The notes under the pieces are model-generated. The model was not told the DNA's origin. It saw only the letters and a program-made list of their open reading frames with translations, and did not search any database. This document shows positions 22,694-35,289 of a DNA stretch of 64,000 nt, piece by piece; the first letter of the stretch is position 1; the number at the start of each line of letters is the position of its first letter. The translations under genes were made by a program, and so were the position numbers. Source of the DNA: Klebsormidium nitens (Eukaryota > Plantae > Klebsormidiophyceae); NCBI GenBank assembly GCA_000708835.1, contig DF237022.1, positions 164,237 through 228,236 of the forward strand. Reading direction: 5' to 3'.

Positions 22694-23519
22694 GATGGCA
22701 CACCACCTGCCAGGAAAACTTAGCTCAACTGCGATTCTCAAAACAGGCTAATCATGTCGAGGTTTTAAGCTTAAATTTTGGGGAACCTTATGCAATTTTG
22801 CACGCTTCGCTGGCAGCTTGCTTTAGAGACTAGCAGCTAACCCTTCTATCTCTTCGAGCTCAGGGAAGTTAGAGACTGTTCTAAAGCATCAGGAACAGGC
22901 CCAATCAGAATTGGGTATCAGCTGTCCCCAAGAGAAGGACTGAATTGTACGCTTCTTCCAGCTCATCAAGCAAGCAGCAGAGAAGAAAAAGGATATTACC
23001 TGCAGACAGCCTCTCTTGCAAGAGTCCTCAGATGAGTCTGCTCCCACTGTTCTGCTCCCTCTCTGCTGAGGAATCTTGCTGGGGCTCTCCTGCTATTAGT
23101 TCTAGCTCACCTCAACGCCTCAATTGTTCTAGAAATTACAGTAGAATCTAGATGGCCCCTCCACTGCATGAATATTGCTAGCATGGCGGCAGCTATAGCC
23201 TATAGGCGCACTGAATTTTTGGACTTTTCGGGGTTGCGCGGGCGGCCCAGGCTTGGTTACCGCGGCCGCTGAGTGAAACCCTTGATCGGACGGACGTCAG
23301 CTGTGCCATCACTGAGATGGACGGCTGTGAATTCGGCCCGGGGTTTAAGCAAGCAGTCAGTCCGCTTTTAAAGTTTTAAACACCACACTTCAAAGTTCAC
23401 AGGCTGTTCACTGACGCAAAACGGACAAAGCAGCCGAACTTTTCTCGGAAAAAGTTGCGGACGCCTGTGCGCTACTGTTCGGACCTGGAACCGCCGACAA
23501 GCAACCGGGCCCCCCTGTG

Positions 23520-23600
23520 ACATTAGGGTTATGTTGCAAGCCTGTGACGGTTTTTTAGGGTCGTGCAACCTTATTGTGACTGCACTACGATTAGGGTTAT
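23520..23600. promoter_or_regulatory. Cluster of telo-box-like motifs in a divergent intergenic region
   Basis: TTAGGGTT at 23523 and 23591 and TTTTTTAGGG at 23551, between divergently oriented TXNDC17 and the 24043 gene. GGCCC motifs lie near 23245 and 23335. Confidence 0.3.
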
Positions 23601-24042
23601 ACTAACGGCTTGGGCATATTCTTAGGCTTTTAGTGTTGGTGAGGTTCCCGGTAGTCTTGAATCAGTGCCCGGTTGGTCAAATTGGACGGTGTCCGCATCC
23701 GTTTTTCCGAGAAAAGTTCGGCTGCTTTGTGCCTCTTGCTTCACTGACACCGATCTTCAGCTTGCTTGACAGTGTGCACTGTGCACCCTGCTGGTCCCTG
23801 TCCCTGCCCTGCATGATGCATCTGCAAGAGATCCTTTGCGGCTGCCAGGACAAGAGGCGTTCTATTCTCAACATTTCTGTGCCTCTCGCAGCAAGCTGCT
23901 TGTTTTCCTGGTTGGAAAGGCGCCCTTCTTTCCGTTTCTTTCCTATGGTGGTCGTGCCATCTTGCCACTAATGCTGCATACGGGTGGCTGGCCAGGTTCT
24001 GAAGAACGCCTGCAATCAGTTTGAGTTTTTCCAATTTGGAGC

Positions 24043-27000
24043 ATGGCGAGTCCCGAATTCATAGGCGATGCCATTGACGCCTGGAAAGCAGCTTTCAATG
24101 TCAGGCGTGACGTCTTTGAAGCCGACACAGTGCTCTCTGTTTTTCATATCCATTTATGGAAGACTTCACAGCTTCTCGACTTTGCGCAGTGTGTCTGGGC
24201 ACTCGTCACAGGAAGAGAACTTGAAGAGTCGGAATCAGAGTCAGAAGTTGAGTCAGAAGTTGAGTCAGAAGTTGAGTCACAAGCAGAGTCAGAAGCAGAG
24301 CAGTGGGAAGCCGAGTCAGAATCTGCGTCAGATGCAGAGACGGAAGCGAAGGCAGAGGCAGCGTCAGAAGCAGAGTCAGAAGCAGAGTCAGAAGCAGAAG
24401 GTGAGGCAGAGGCCTCACATGCTGAAAAAGAGGATGCTAGATTGGTTGGGGTCAGGTTCTTGGACTTATTATGGCGACAGGCGGAGAAAGAGCAAAGCTG
24501 CTCGTAAGGCTCCTGTGGGGTGGTGCGACTGACTGGTATACGCCAGACGTGATGGAGGCCAGCGACTGTGAGTTCCGCTCGTTTGCAGAGGTAGGAAACA
24601 CAATCAGCGCCCTCTGGTGGTAGCTAATGGTGTCGTTCAGCGATAGCTGAACCATTTCTGTAGACTTATGCATCAAATATCATGTGTGCTTTTGAAAGCA
24701 AGCTTGGGTGATACTGCTGTCCGCGCTGTCGCTGTATACAGTAATTGCTGTGGCACTACTGCAATGTACCAAGCAATTCAAGAATCACTGCAGACATTGG
24801 CTGAGAAAGTGCAAAAGACTTCCTGGGAAAGCAACAAAAGTACAATCCGTTTGTGGCGACCAACAAAAGCTGATCAGCTCTATTCAGCCCGTGGTCAGAG
24901 AAGCCAAAAGGAGCGCAGTTGACAAACTAAGTCTGCTCACTCAGCAGGCAGCTCATGACAGCGTTCGTCAGCACGTTGCGCCATTCTCAACCGGACTCTG
25001 GGTTTCTGCGATTCCCACTTTCAAGCATGGTCTCCCCAAACATCAATCAGAGACAATGACCTCATTCTCGAGGCTGATGTCACCTCTGAAAGTCTCTGGA
25101 GCAAAAGTATCAAAGTGATCAATGTTACTCTCATAGTTACTGATTAGTTGCATTTTTTGCAGTTAACCGACCTGTGGTACAAGGTGCATTCTGACCCCAG
25201 GTTGGCCAAGGCGTTATCTGTTGCAGTGGTTAAGGACGAGAAGTGGGGTGCCTCGCAGATGGTAGACTTCTGGAAGCACATGACTGTATTCAAAGCTGTC
25301 TGGAAAGACTTCACCATTTCAGAGTTGGGCCAGCTTCTTCGCACAGTGATCAGGAATGAGAGGGCGCAGAGCAGGAGCACGTTCAGCTCCAACAGGGACT
25401 CTGATTCGGTGAGTGGAGACCACACTTTGAAATTTCGTGTGTGCTCTAGAAATCTGTACCAGACCACTCTCCAGAACAATCTATGTCAAAGGAGACTAAT
25501 GGATTCTGACGTGGGTTTAATATTAGGTTCTGAGGATCGCAAAAGCAGTGTCTGATTGATGATGTTGCATGTCACACCCAATCTGGAGTACCTGTTTGGG
25601 TTGTTCAACTTTTGAATGAGAAAGTCTCTCGACCATAACTGTAATACTGAGCATAATACTGAGCGGTTGCCAGCGCTGCCCAGCTTCTTGGTTCCACATA
25701 TTGCAGTCATTGATGGTTACAAACTGCTCTTACTCAGTAATCTGCAACGCTCTGGGCAGAGACTCTCCCGAAGTGTCCCCAGAATGCGTACAAAGCTTCT
25801 GTTCCCCAACGCCCTGAATTGCCAGTAACTATCACTGAAAGCTACACGGCCCACTTGCACCAGTTGGTTCGCGGTCCGAAAGCTGCTAGAGGTCATCTTT
25901 CTGGTCAACAAAATGCACTGTTTTCCACAAGGACGGACTTCTTGTCGTCCCGCAGGAATCAGATGAAGAGGGAGAAGAGTCTGAAGATGACAACGATGAC
26001 AGCTTCGCTGACGCATTTGAGGTGGCGGAGGAAGTCTGCGGCATGTTTAGCTGCATCTTCCGCGTGCTAGAGCTCACGCCGGCGCAGCAGAAGGACCTGT
26101 TCAAGGCGGCTGTGAAAGGGCTATTTGGTGGCGAGAATCTCTACTATCTGGTTGTGAGTGAGCACCTGCATGCCCAAACTTTGTAACCATCCTGAACATA
26201 GCTATTCCTCGACCTAGTAAAGAAGCTCCTGAAGGTTGCATGTCTAGGAAGTGAGACGTGGATCCAACTTGATGCTCATTCTCAGCATTTGCCTCAGTGC
26301 AGGAAGGCAATTATTCTCGATAAACAAGCCCTTGTTTCAGATTGGACAAGCCTCGTGTCAGTCCACACACCAACCGAAACAGCAAGTGTGGAACGTTTTC
26401 AGATTGCTTGTTGTGAGACATATACATGCTTGGAACACACAAGGACTCTCCTCCGCAGCCGGTTGTCATGTTGAATCACGCCCTTGGAGTTTTTACATTA
26501 ATGGCTACTTCAGCCTGTTTTGGGATGACGGTGACTCATTTCTGAGGCCAATTACGGCCTAACCAACCTGATTAACTACTGACGTTTGGGTCTTACACGG
26601 GCAGGCACAGTGCAAATACTCACCCGTACTTTGGCGCTGCAGGAAGCAGGTCTTGGTTTAAACCTGACGTCCAGCGAGTTCCAAGAGCTCAGGCGAAAGG
26701 AGTCTCCGAAGACCCAGGCTCGGATAACAAAGCAGATACAAGAGGAAGAGGCCTACTGGTGCGACGAAGACAGTCCCCAGCCCAGCGCCCCACCCCCTTA
26801 CGCCTCTCGTAACGGCTCCTGCTGTTCGAACAGCGCGAAACGGGGCTGCCTGAGGCGGCAGTGCGGCGGGTGCTGTAAAAAGGGTTTCGGTGGGGCGTGC
26901 GCGGTCCACTTAGGGACCGTCGCGGCGGCAGTAAGAGCGCCGCCGGCCGGAAAGTGCGTCGGAACCGGGGCTGCAACATCAGCGGCCGCAAACTTGTCCT

Positions 27001-28186
27001 CCGAAGCCGCTCCGTTCGTCCCCGCAACTTCTGCTCCAGCGTACCGAGAGCCGATTTACACCGCGGAAGAGACCCGGGTGGTAAAGAGCGAAGCTGAGCT
27101 CGAGAAGGTGCTGACCGCCGGGGGCGCGTTCAAGCGGGTGATCTTCCGGGACTTCTACGTGAAGCCCGAACAATTCGGGCGGATGGTTGCGCTGTTTGGG
27201 GCCGGTTTGGAATGCATTGAGATGAGCGGAGGGGAGGGGTATCAGCTGAACGGAGAGTCGATCCGGGGTGTGGCTACGGCTTGCCCCAAGCTGAGAAAGG
27301 TGAGAGAGTCGTGCCGAGCGCGGTCCATTAGAGTTTTCGGCTACAGAAAAGATCGGCTCTTGGAATTCCTTCCTTTTGTGGTCGATGGGAACCACGACGA
27401 GGAACCCCCTTCCTCTATTTGGAATTGGCATTGAGGAGCCTGCGTCACCAAGATTATTGAAATCCCTCTAGCTGATCCGCGCTTCTGCTTAACCAGGTCG
27501 CTTGAGCTGCCTTCTTGTCTGAATGGTCGTAGGTCAACTATCTGGGCACGTTCGTTTTGCGAGTGGGCACCCTTTCTGTGATTCTCGCATTCAGAAACAG
27601 CGTCTCATCTTTGGCTGTCACGATCATGCAGTCGACATAGTCGAACATTAATGTGACACTATCGAAGTAGCGGCTGAGAGGAACATACACGCAATATTCA
27701 AGGTCCAAGGCTCGACTCGAATCTGCGGGCAAAAGCTTTTGGTTTACACCTCAAATTTATCTGCGCACCTTCTTTTTGCAGTTTTCGATGGAATCCGCCT
27801 CCAGTATCAAAGACGACGCCTTCGCTGCGCTCCTCAAGAGCTGCCCCGAGCTGGAGTACCTAGACACCAGAGGGAACGACAAGGTTTCCGGCTCTCTTAG
27901 CGACAAGTCGTTCAAGTTGCTGCAGACGGATAGCACTCTAGCGCCGAAACTGAGAAAGCTGTACGTAGTTGACCAGCGCATGAGTAAGAAAATAGCAGAA
28001 AAACTGGTCAAAATGCGGCCGCAGCTATTTATACAAGGGGGTGAGAGTGACGGCGACGGTTATGCATCTGCAATGGTGATGCAAATGACGGGGGCGAGCT
28101 ATGGGGACGGGATCTGGGGAGTCGGAGCAGGTGCCACGCCGCCGAGCTTTGGTTTCCAAAAATACTCGAATTACGACTTCTTCTAG
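24043..28186 (+). CDS. Uncharacterised protein: helical/acidic N-terminus, SHI/STY-like Cys/His finger, RNI-like LRR C-terminus; 6 exons (24043-24400, 24547-24590, 25163-25408, 25956-26153, 26643-27299, 27782-28186)
   Basis: All five junctions are GT-AG with matching phases (1,0,0,0,0). It contains CCSNSAKRGCLRRQCGGCCKKGFGGACAVH and the LRR-like segments IRGVATACPKLRKFSMESASSIKDDAFAALLKSCPELEYLDTRG. Confidence 0.75.
24225..24400 (+). repeat. Coding 12-bp tandem repeat (GAGTCAGAAG[TT/CA]) encoding ESEV/ESEA
   Basis: Repeated gagtcagaagtt / gagtcagaagca units are directly visible. Confidence 0.9.
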
Positions 28187-29439
28187 GGCTTGCTCTCTCG
28201 ATATTGTCATGTCAGTATGGCCAGGTCTCTCCTTAAGACGAACGACGACCAGAAAGTATATTCTCCGAAGGTCGAAATGAAGCGAGCCTGACAGTAACGG
28301 GGTACTAAAATCAATTTGGACGATTTGCGCAACTATAACGCTTACGAAGCCTTGATGTTGGAAAGGATCCCATCATGATTCACTGACAACCTTTTTAACT
28401 AAGCTGTCTCTTCATCATTGTGTCACGAACTTCAACAACTCCTCCACATAACCGGGTTAGTATCAAACATCAAAGATCTTATTTTCGACCCGGCCGGCCC
28501 TCGCGCGGTGGCACATTGGTCCGATTTGCTTAGACTATACCTCATCGGTGTGAACGGACGTGCTTTTGTTGGATCGACGCGAAGCGCCTGACCTTCAATG
28601 AGCGACTCGAGCGACTTCAACTTCAAGTCTTGCTCAACACACAGCTAGAAAGCCTCCAGCTGGGTATTAACTTTCATCATCATTGCTGCCTGTTCAATCA
28701 TTGAATCCAGCCCCATTCAATGAAAGTTCACATGCCAAGCTACAAAGTTATAGCAACGAATATATCCGACCGCGGCGCGAACTTAGGTCAGATATCCCCG
28801 ACCCGCGTATGCCAAATTTACGTCATGGAGATTCATGATGTAGATTCTAAAGGATCCGGGGCTCGCCGTCGGACATTGGCGCAGCTAGCTAGCTAGGCCC
28901 ATGCATGGCGGCAGTTGTCAGAATCATGATCAGACGGTTAGTAGTTGATGGCGGCACAGAAAATGCTCGATCATGAAAGATGTGCATTGAACCGACTCCG
29001 CTCCATGCCAAGCCTATAGCCGGGTAATAATGATAGACACTTGCGCAATCAAAAACATGTCGATAAACTAATCGCCGCCGTCAAAGTCCTGCATGATCAG
29101 GATCTGACGTCCAAATCCATCAAGAGCGCTACAAACCTCGGGAGACCGTTCAAAGCATGGAAAGATATCAGCTTCAAATCAATTTGTTGGCTAGATCCCC
29201 ACAATCCGTTTCATGAGCTGCTACATCGATCCTTGTTGTCTCGTGCATGACCCGCAGAAACGAACTGAGAAGGCTTATCGAACGTCTCTACTTTTAAATC
29301 TATCAGAAACGACTGCATCGACCCTCCAAAGGGATCACTCGCGGCGCACTTACACCCACCACTGCGGGCACCAGTGAGTCTTCACCCTCCGCCCACTGAC
29401 GTCTCTCAATATAGTTTAGGGTGCTCCGCAAGTCGCTAA

Positions 29440-29707
29440 CTAATTTCTCTGACTTCGTTCATTGTTTTTTGTTCTCAAGGTTACGTGAACCGGCTCAGTG
29501 GTTCCCGAGAGCGCAACCGTGCACCCGTGCGGAAATGCGCGCGCTACCTTCCGGGTTAACATCTAACCTCTGACTTCGTTATCAGCACAACCCCTTGTTC
29601 TAGGTTGCGCAAATCGGCTCTGTGGTTCCCGAGAGGCCGCGTGCACCAGAAACTCACGCGCCACCTTCCGGGTTGCCTTCTAACCACTTCGTTAGCAGCG
29701 CAACCCT
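29440..29707 (-). repeat. Two decayed tandem copies of the stop-codon region of the secreted gene
   Basis: ACTTCGTT anchors at about 29452, 29573 and 29686. The units repeat CTAGGT(T/C)GCGCAAA and GGCTC(T/C)G(T/C)GGTT. Period is about 113-121 bp. Confidence 0.8.
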
Positions 29708-32700
29708 CTAGGTCGCGCAAACAGGCTCCGCGGTTGTCGAGACGCCGCACGCGCCCGCGCAGCAGATGAACCTGCTTCCGTTCGCGTTGAAGCACTGGTT
29801 GGGGCGGGCGGAAAACGCGTCACAAACAGTGCTCGGGGCGCCAGAAGCGGAGGCGGTGGGCGTGGGAGTGGGCCCGGTAGAGGCGGTTGGGGAAGGAGTT
29901 CCGGTCGGGGAAGGAGTTCCGGTCGTCGGAGCAGCGGTGGCGGAACTGGTGCAGGACGGATTTACGCCCGGAGAGGGGCACTGCGTGGGGCAGACGGAAA
30001 GATTGTTCAGTGTTTGTTGGCCGGGCTCTGTTTCTGAGCGGATTTGAGAAAGGAGCGAGAGCAAGTGGCACGAGAACGCTGATATTTGTTTTACTCCTAA
30101 CCATGCTGATGAACCAAGATTGCACCCGGCTCTGAGGGGATAAACGACTTCACCCTGAATGTTACGATCGCAATCACTGCCCGAATCGAGTCTTGAACGA
30201 AGGAGCAGCTTCTAGCCAGCCCGTTGCTGAAAATAATGAGCTGCCACAGAATCCGTTTGAGCTTCGGGTGGACATTTTCCCAACTTTCTGGTCAGAGATG
30301 TAATCGTACTTAGAGATGAGTTTTCAGAATCGGGCCTCGAGGTCAGAGATCCGGTCTAGAACTGGCCATTTTAAGCGTAATTGTTGTTAGAACGTCACGC
30401 TTTTCTTCCCTCAGTGGGCAGACTGAACGAGTCTGGAAGATTGTTTTAAGTCGGTTCCCAGGGTCCGCACAAACTGGACTCAGTAACCTCCAAATTTCTT
30501 ACTTATGTGCCGGCAGGCAAGAGCCCTTTTGAGGCTTGAATTCCAAGCAAAGAAACATCTCGATCTGGTTCGAAACCCGCTCTCTTTACAACGACACTGG
30601 TCTTTTGTTGAGAAGGCTTTTCGCAGTACCGGCGACTATGCAGAAGCTCTCTTGACAGCAAGAAACTGAGAGCACGCACAGCAACCTCAACTCAACCCGA
30701 AAGCTTGGATGGCTTAAATATCCTCATCTCCTAATCTTGCTGGTTCTGTGTCAAGTACTGACGATAACCTGAAGCAACGGCAGGAATCGTTTCGATCAAT
30801 TTGACACCGCGTTCGGAACAGTATGAGGGTTTTAGTCTCAACCAAACTTGGTCGAAACGCATCCAACCGGCTTCTAACCAGAATGAATCAGCAAAAGGCC
30901 AATCAACCGGATTGGGTATAAACCCGGCTTGATTGACAGTACTTTCTCCCCACGTACCTGCCCGGGGCAGCAGATCGACGCCCCGCCCGACGCGGAGAAG
31001 CATTGGTTGGGAGCGCTTCCATACGGGTCGCACACGCCGTTGACCGGGGGGATCCCCCCGGGCGCGGACGTCCCGGTCGGTACCGGGGTAGCGGTCGGGA
31101 CCGGGGTCGTCGACGTGGCAGGGGAAGCACTTCCCGTGGGGGTGGGGGTAGGATTCGCCGTGACGTTAGGCTCAACCCCCAGGGAAAGGTACTCGGGGGA
31201 ATACTGTGCAAACTCCTTTTTCAGGGTTTCGAGGACTGACCCGTCGTCAGGGGGTAGGATGTTGAGGTTAACGTCACCGAAGACCGACCCGTTTCCAAGA
31301 GCGAGGTAGTTGATGGTGAAAACGGCCGGGTTTGCTAGGGGGACGTTGGGGTAGAGCGGGGAGGGCCGCAGGGGGCCTTTGATAACTAGGTTGGCGAAGG
31401 CTTCGGAAACGAATGTGAGCTTGGGAGTTGAAAGGTCGAAGATGTCGAAGTAACCGGTCGTGATTGGGTCGCCTGCATTTGGAGCCACGTGTGCACACGA
31501 TTAGCAGAAGTTGTACTAGTATAGCCAAGCAGCCCGACCTTTGATTGATTCGAGCGCGAGGCTTCATTCCAATATTTTGTAAGGCAGCCATTGAGCAGAG
31601 ACTTTACCGTCTATCTGTATGAATGAAGCGAGCAAAATAATTACCGACGTTTAATGGTAGAAAATTTTGCCCTTCTTCGAAACCAGGAAGACAATCTAGG
31701 GAACAGCTGAGCATCTAGAAGCTGGGCAGTTCATTAGGGATACAACTTGCTCGCTCTTTCAAAATTCGAGCTGGGCGTCACAAGATTTAATGCTTTAGCC
31801 GTCTAGACGACCAGATGAGAAAACCCCGATATTTATCAGATCACCTCAAACCTGATCATGCCCTGTTGCAAGTAGGGGAGTTGGATGGCGTGTATTGATG
31901 AAAACAATGCGTGGAGCAAGTCGTTTTTAACGCATTGGCAAAACGATAAGTCCAAAAGACTTGGACGCATATTCTTGGCTACCTCACGTAATCAGAATTT
32001 AGAACAGGCTTACACGCGTTTGATAATCGAGTCAGCCAAGGGCTTGGAACGATCACCTGGCTTGCTGTTGTCATGGAGCTCAAACACGAGAGCGTATGTG
32101 AGGCTCTGAACCAGGGCCAGCGTCTTGAAGAACTCCTCCTGAAAGTCCACACCAAAACAGTTTGTAAAGTGGTAAAGCTAACGAAACGGACTGATATGCG
32201 AGTCGGCTCGTGCCCACAGGAGAGAGAGTGAATGTTACAGTGGCGGTCACTGTGTGCTTGACGGTATGGACAATCTAGTATGGTGTCGTAAGGGCAGATC
32301 GAGAGGTTCTTCAAAAGGTTTCTTAGATCGACGCCCTAATGGCGGTGATGAGAGAAATCGTGCTGGAGAGAACGAGTATGCGCTGCAAACAGTTTGACAA
32401 TTTGTGAAGAGTTCCCTACAATGCATACATCCAATCACACAACCAATCACACAAGCACCTCAGAGATCCCGCACCTCAGCACTTGATCAGCTACTAGCCT
32501 CCTCTCCTACATTCTGGCCTTGTTGTGAGCATACGTCCTTCTGACAAGCTTGCCGTGAACTTCCCAAAGAAACAGATTGACAATCAAATCGTACTTACCT
32601 TAGAGAGCCCTGACGTCTGCAGGGGACGAGACGAACTGAAGTAAAGAATGCCCAAGAGGAGGTAACCCGCGGTACTGGGGTCTGTGAGGGCTTCAGTTGG

Positions 32701-34513
32701 GTACGTTCCAGTGAGAGTGTCGACACCGGAAATCTGCAGGGCGACCGTTATGCGTCTTCCATCGGACAAAGCGGTTTCGGTGACGGAACCTGCGCATGCG
32801 GAAGCGGAAAACAAAGTTGTTCTTGTTGTTTTGTAAGAAGTCAAAGTTTCTATAGCCAATTGATTGCTTAAAGATTCGAGCAAGATTCTAGCTACACTCT
32901 GCTTGTCAGGTGCCTTTGGTGATATTTCGTTGACGCTGCTACCAGTGGGCTCTGAAAAACTTGAAATGTTGTACCTTTGATAGAATCACTCACGAACGCA
33001 TCCGTTTGGATTGCACCAGGTACTTTCAGTTTCCTTTGCCTAAACCCAAATGTGTTGCCGTCACCACGCTAGGCAGCAACTCTGTAGTTCGATCGAGGCA
33101 TGATTGGTGCCCTGAATGCACACACCGCCTTCATCGCTGGACTATTGCCATTGAAGGAGGAGTGTCTTTGTCCACAGTTCTCATCTATCGGGTACGTTTC
33201 TTCCTTTGGAAAGCCAGTAGTAACATTTCTCAACCACACCCGGGGTGAGTGGCCGATTTGTGAGGCAGGAGAGTCGAACCCTGTGGTTACAACTCCGTAT
33301 ACCAGGCTTAACCCACACGCAAACCTGGGGTTTTGCCTGATGCTGCAGCTCACCTGTGATTGTGGCAGGCAGTTTGACATCCTGGCCATTGACGTTGTAA
33401 ACCCCAGAATTGCAGAGGTCAATTCCTACTATCAGTTCGCCTATGTCGAAGGGTAAGCCGGCGTAGGCGGGCTCTGCTGAGTCGGAGTATTGATCTAGTG
33501 TGCTGTCTGCAAAAGATGAAACCAAGATAAGGTTTGGGTTGTCATGGAGCTTCCTGGTGAAAAGAACACATATGCATACAGCTACACATAGACTTATGCA
33601 ACCACGCTAGTGCACATTCCAGGTGTCCAAAATGTTCCCAGTTTTGCATGGCATCCTTCTTCAAGAGTGTAAGGTGACAGGACAGGCTTAATGCTTCTTG
33701 CATCTCCCTTAAACTTTCATGAATATGGAATCAAGTGTGACGGATGTGACAGGGTTCTGCACAACATGTCTTCATTCTTAGTTCTTGTAAAGCTAATCAG
33801 TGGTGGCCAATATTGTGAGCCTTTGGCCAATACGAGTGCAGATCACAACATGATGCAACTTGCAAGTCACATGTTCAGAATACCTGGCATGGCCAAAAAG
33901 TGGTAAAGCCACCCCTTTCCACCAGCAATCCATTTGAGTGTGAGGAGCAACAAAAGCAGTCTGACGGAAGATATCATCTGATTCTCTCACACGTTGACCT
34001 CCAAGGAAAGGTGCAGTATGCATTATGCATTATGCATCAGGCTTTCAAATCCTAACAATCAGATTACCCTGCATTGTGCATTGTAGAGCTTCCAGTCCAT
34101 GTTGGAATTGGATTCATTCCATGAGCACTTGCAAGCACAGAATGAGAATGAAAGAAGACCAGGACACGGGAAACTCAACGGGAATGGAAAAACCTGGTTT
34201 TGCAGAGAAGCACTGAGCAGAAAAACATGCATATGTGAGGCAATGCACATACTCACACACTGCTTGCAAGGCCATACTAGGTCTGAGCTAGAATGAGCAG
34301 AAAGTTTTAGTCAGAGCTCTCACCACGAGTGGGCGTGCACCACGCCGTGTAGTCGCTCACAACGGTGTCATCCAGCAGCCTCCGAATCCCAGCGGAGCGC
34401 AGGGTCTGCGCCGCCAGCATGCCTGGGGCTGGGAGTTCCGCACCCGACACTTTCTGCATGACGGGTGCAGCTGCCAGTATCACAGCGAGGAACACAAAGG
34501 CGAACCGCTTCAT
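29708..34513 (-). CDS. Secreted Thr/Pro-rich glycoprotein with two 6-Cys modules; 6 exons (34513-34324, 33506-33354, 32789-32599, 32138-32057, 31472-30958, 29980-29708)
   Basis: Signal-peptide-like MKRFAFVFLAVILAAAP, an RRLL motif, a ~250-aa globular region, PT-rich linkers, and modules CDPYGSAPNQCFSASGGASICCPGQCPSPGVNPSC and CDAFSARPNQCFNANGSRFICCAGACGVSTTAEPVC. Phases are consistent. Confidence 0.85.
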
Positions 34514-35289
34514 CGATGATCCCGAAGTCAGCTGGGAATGCGCAGGCTTTCCGCAGCGCAAAGCATGCTTGGAGGAAGAAAGGGGAGCCATGGCGCTTGC
34601 ACAACAAGCTTGCTGCAGCTCCTCAGCTTGTGAAAGACAAGTTCTGGTTTGTGGGAGTTGTGCGAGTCATGAGAAATGAGAGGGGTCAGTGCTGCTTTTA
34701 ACTGGGGAGCTAGCGACCTAGAGAATGTCCCTGAGTCCTGTGTATTATTCAAGGAAGGGCAGCTGCCATGCAAGCAACTTTCAGCGCCTTCAAGACTGAG
34801 GCCGGTCTTGGGTGCGTGCCGCAGCTCGAGCTGGATCAATTGCAGCCAGGTGCAGTGTAGCGTGATGTCAGCGTGATGTGCTCAATTTTAACCAGCTCGT
34901 GCTGGCATTGGTTGAAGGTTCAGGCTCTGCCAATACACAGTCAGCAGGACACCCCTCAGTGTGAGTATCTGAGTCCCAGTGGTACAGGATACGGTATACT
35001 AGATCATACTATATCTACCTACCCCAGGCATGATACATCCCTGACATCCCTGACATCCCTGACTGAGTCCGGCTTGCGCGCGACTGCACTTACTCTGTGC
35101 GAGACTCTCGGATCACGCACAATTATGCACTGTTCAAGGCTCCCTGCCAAATTATAAAGTAGCACAAAGTAGCACAGTAGTCAGTGCGAGACTAGACTCT
35201 CGGATGATGCACTGTTGAGTGTTGACAGCTCCCTGGCCTCTGGGATTTGAGCTGTTCTGCATGATGCAGGGCGCAGAATGTTGCGGGAA

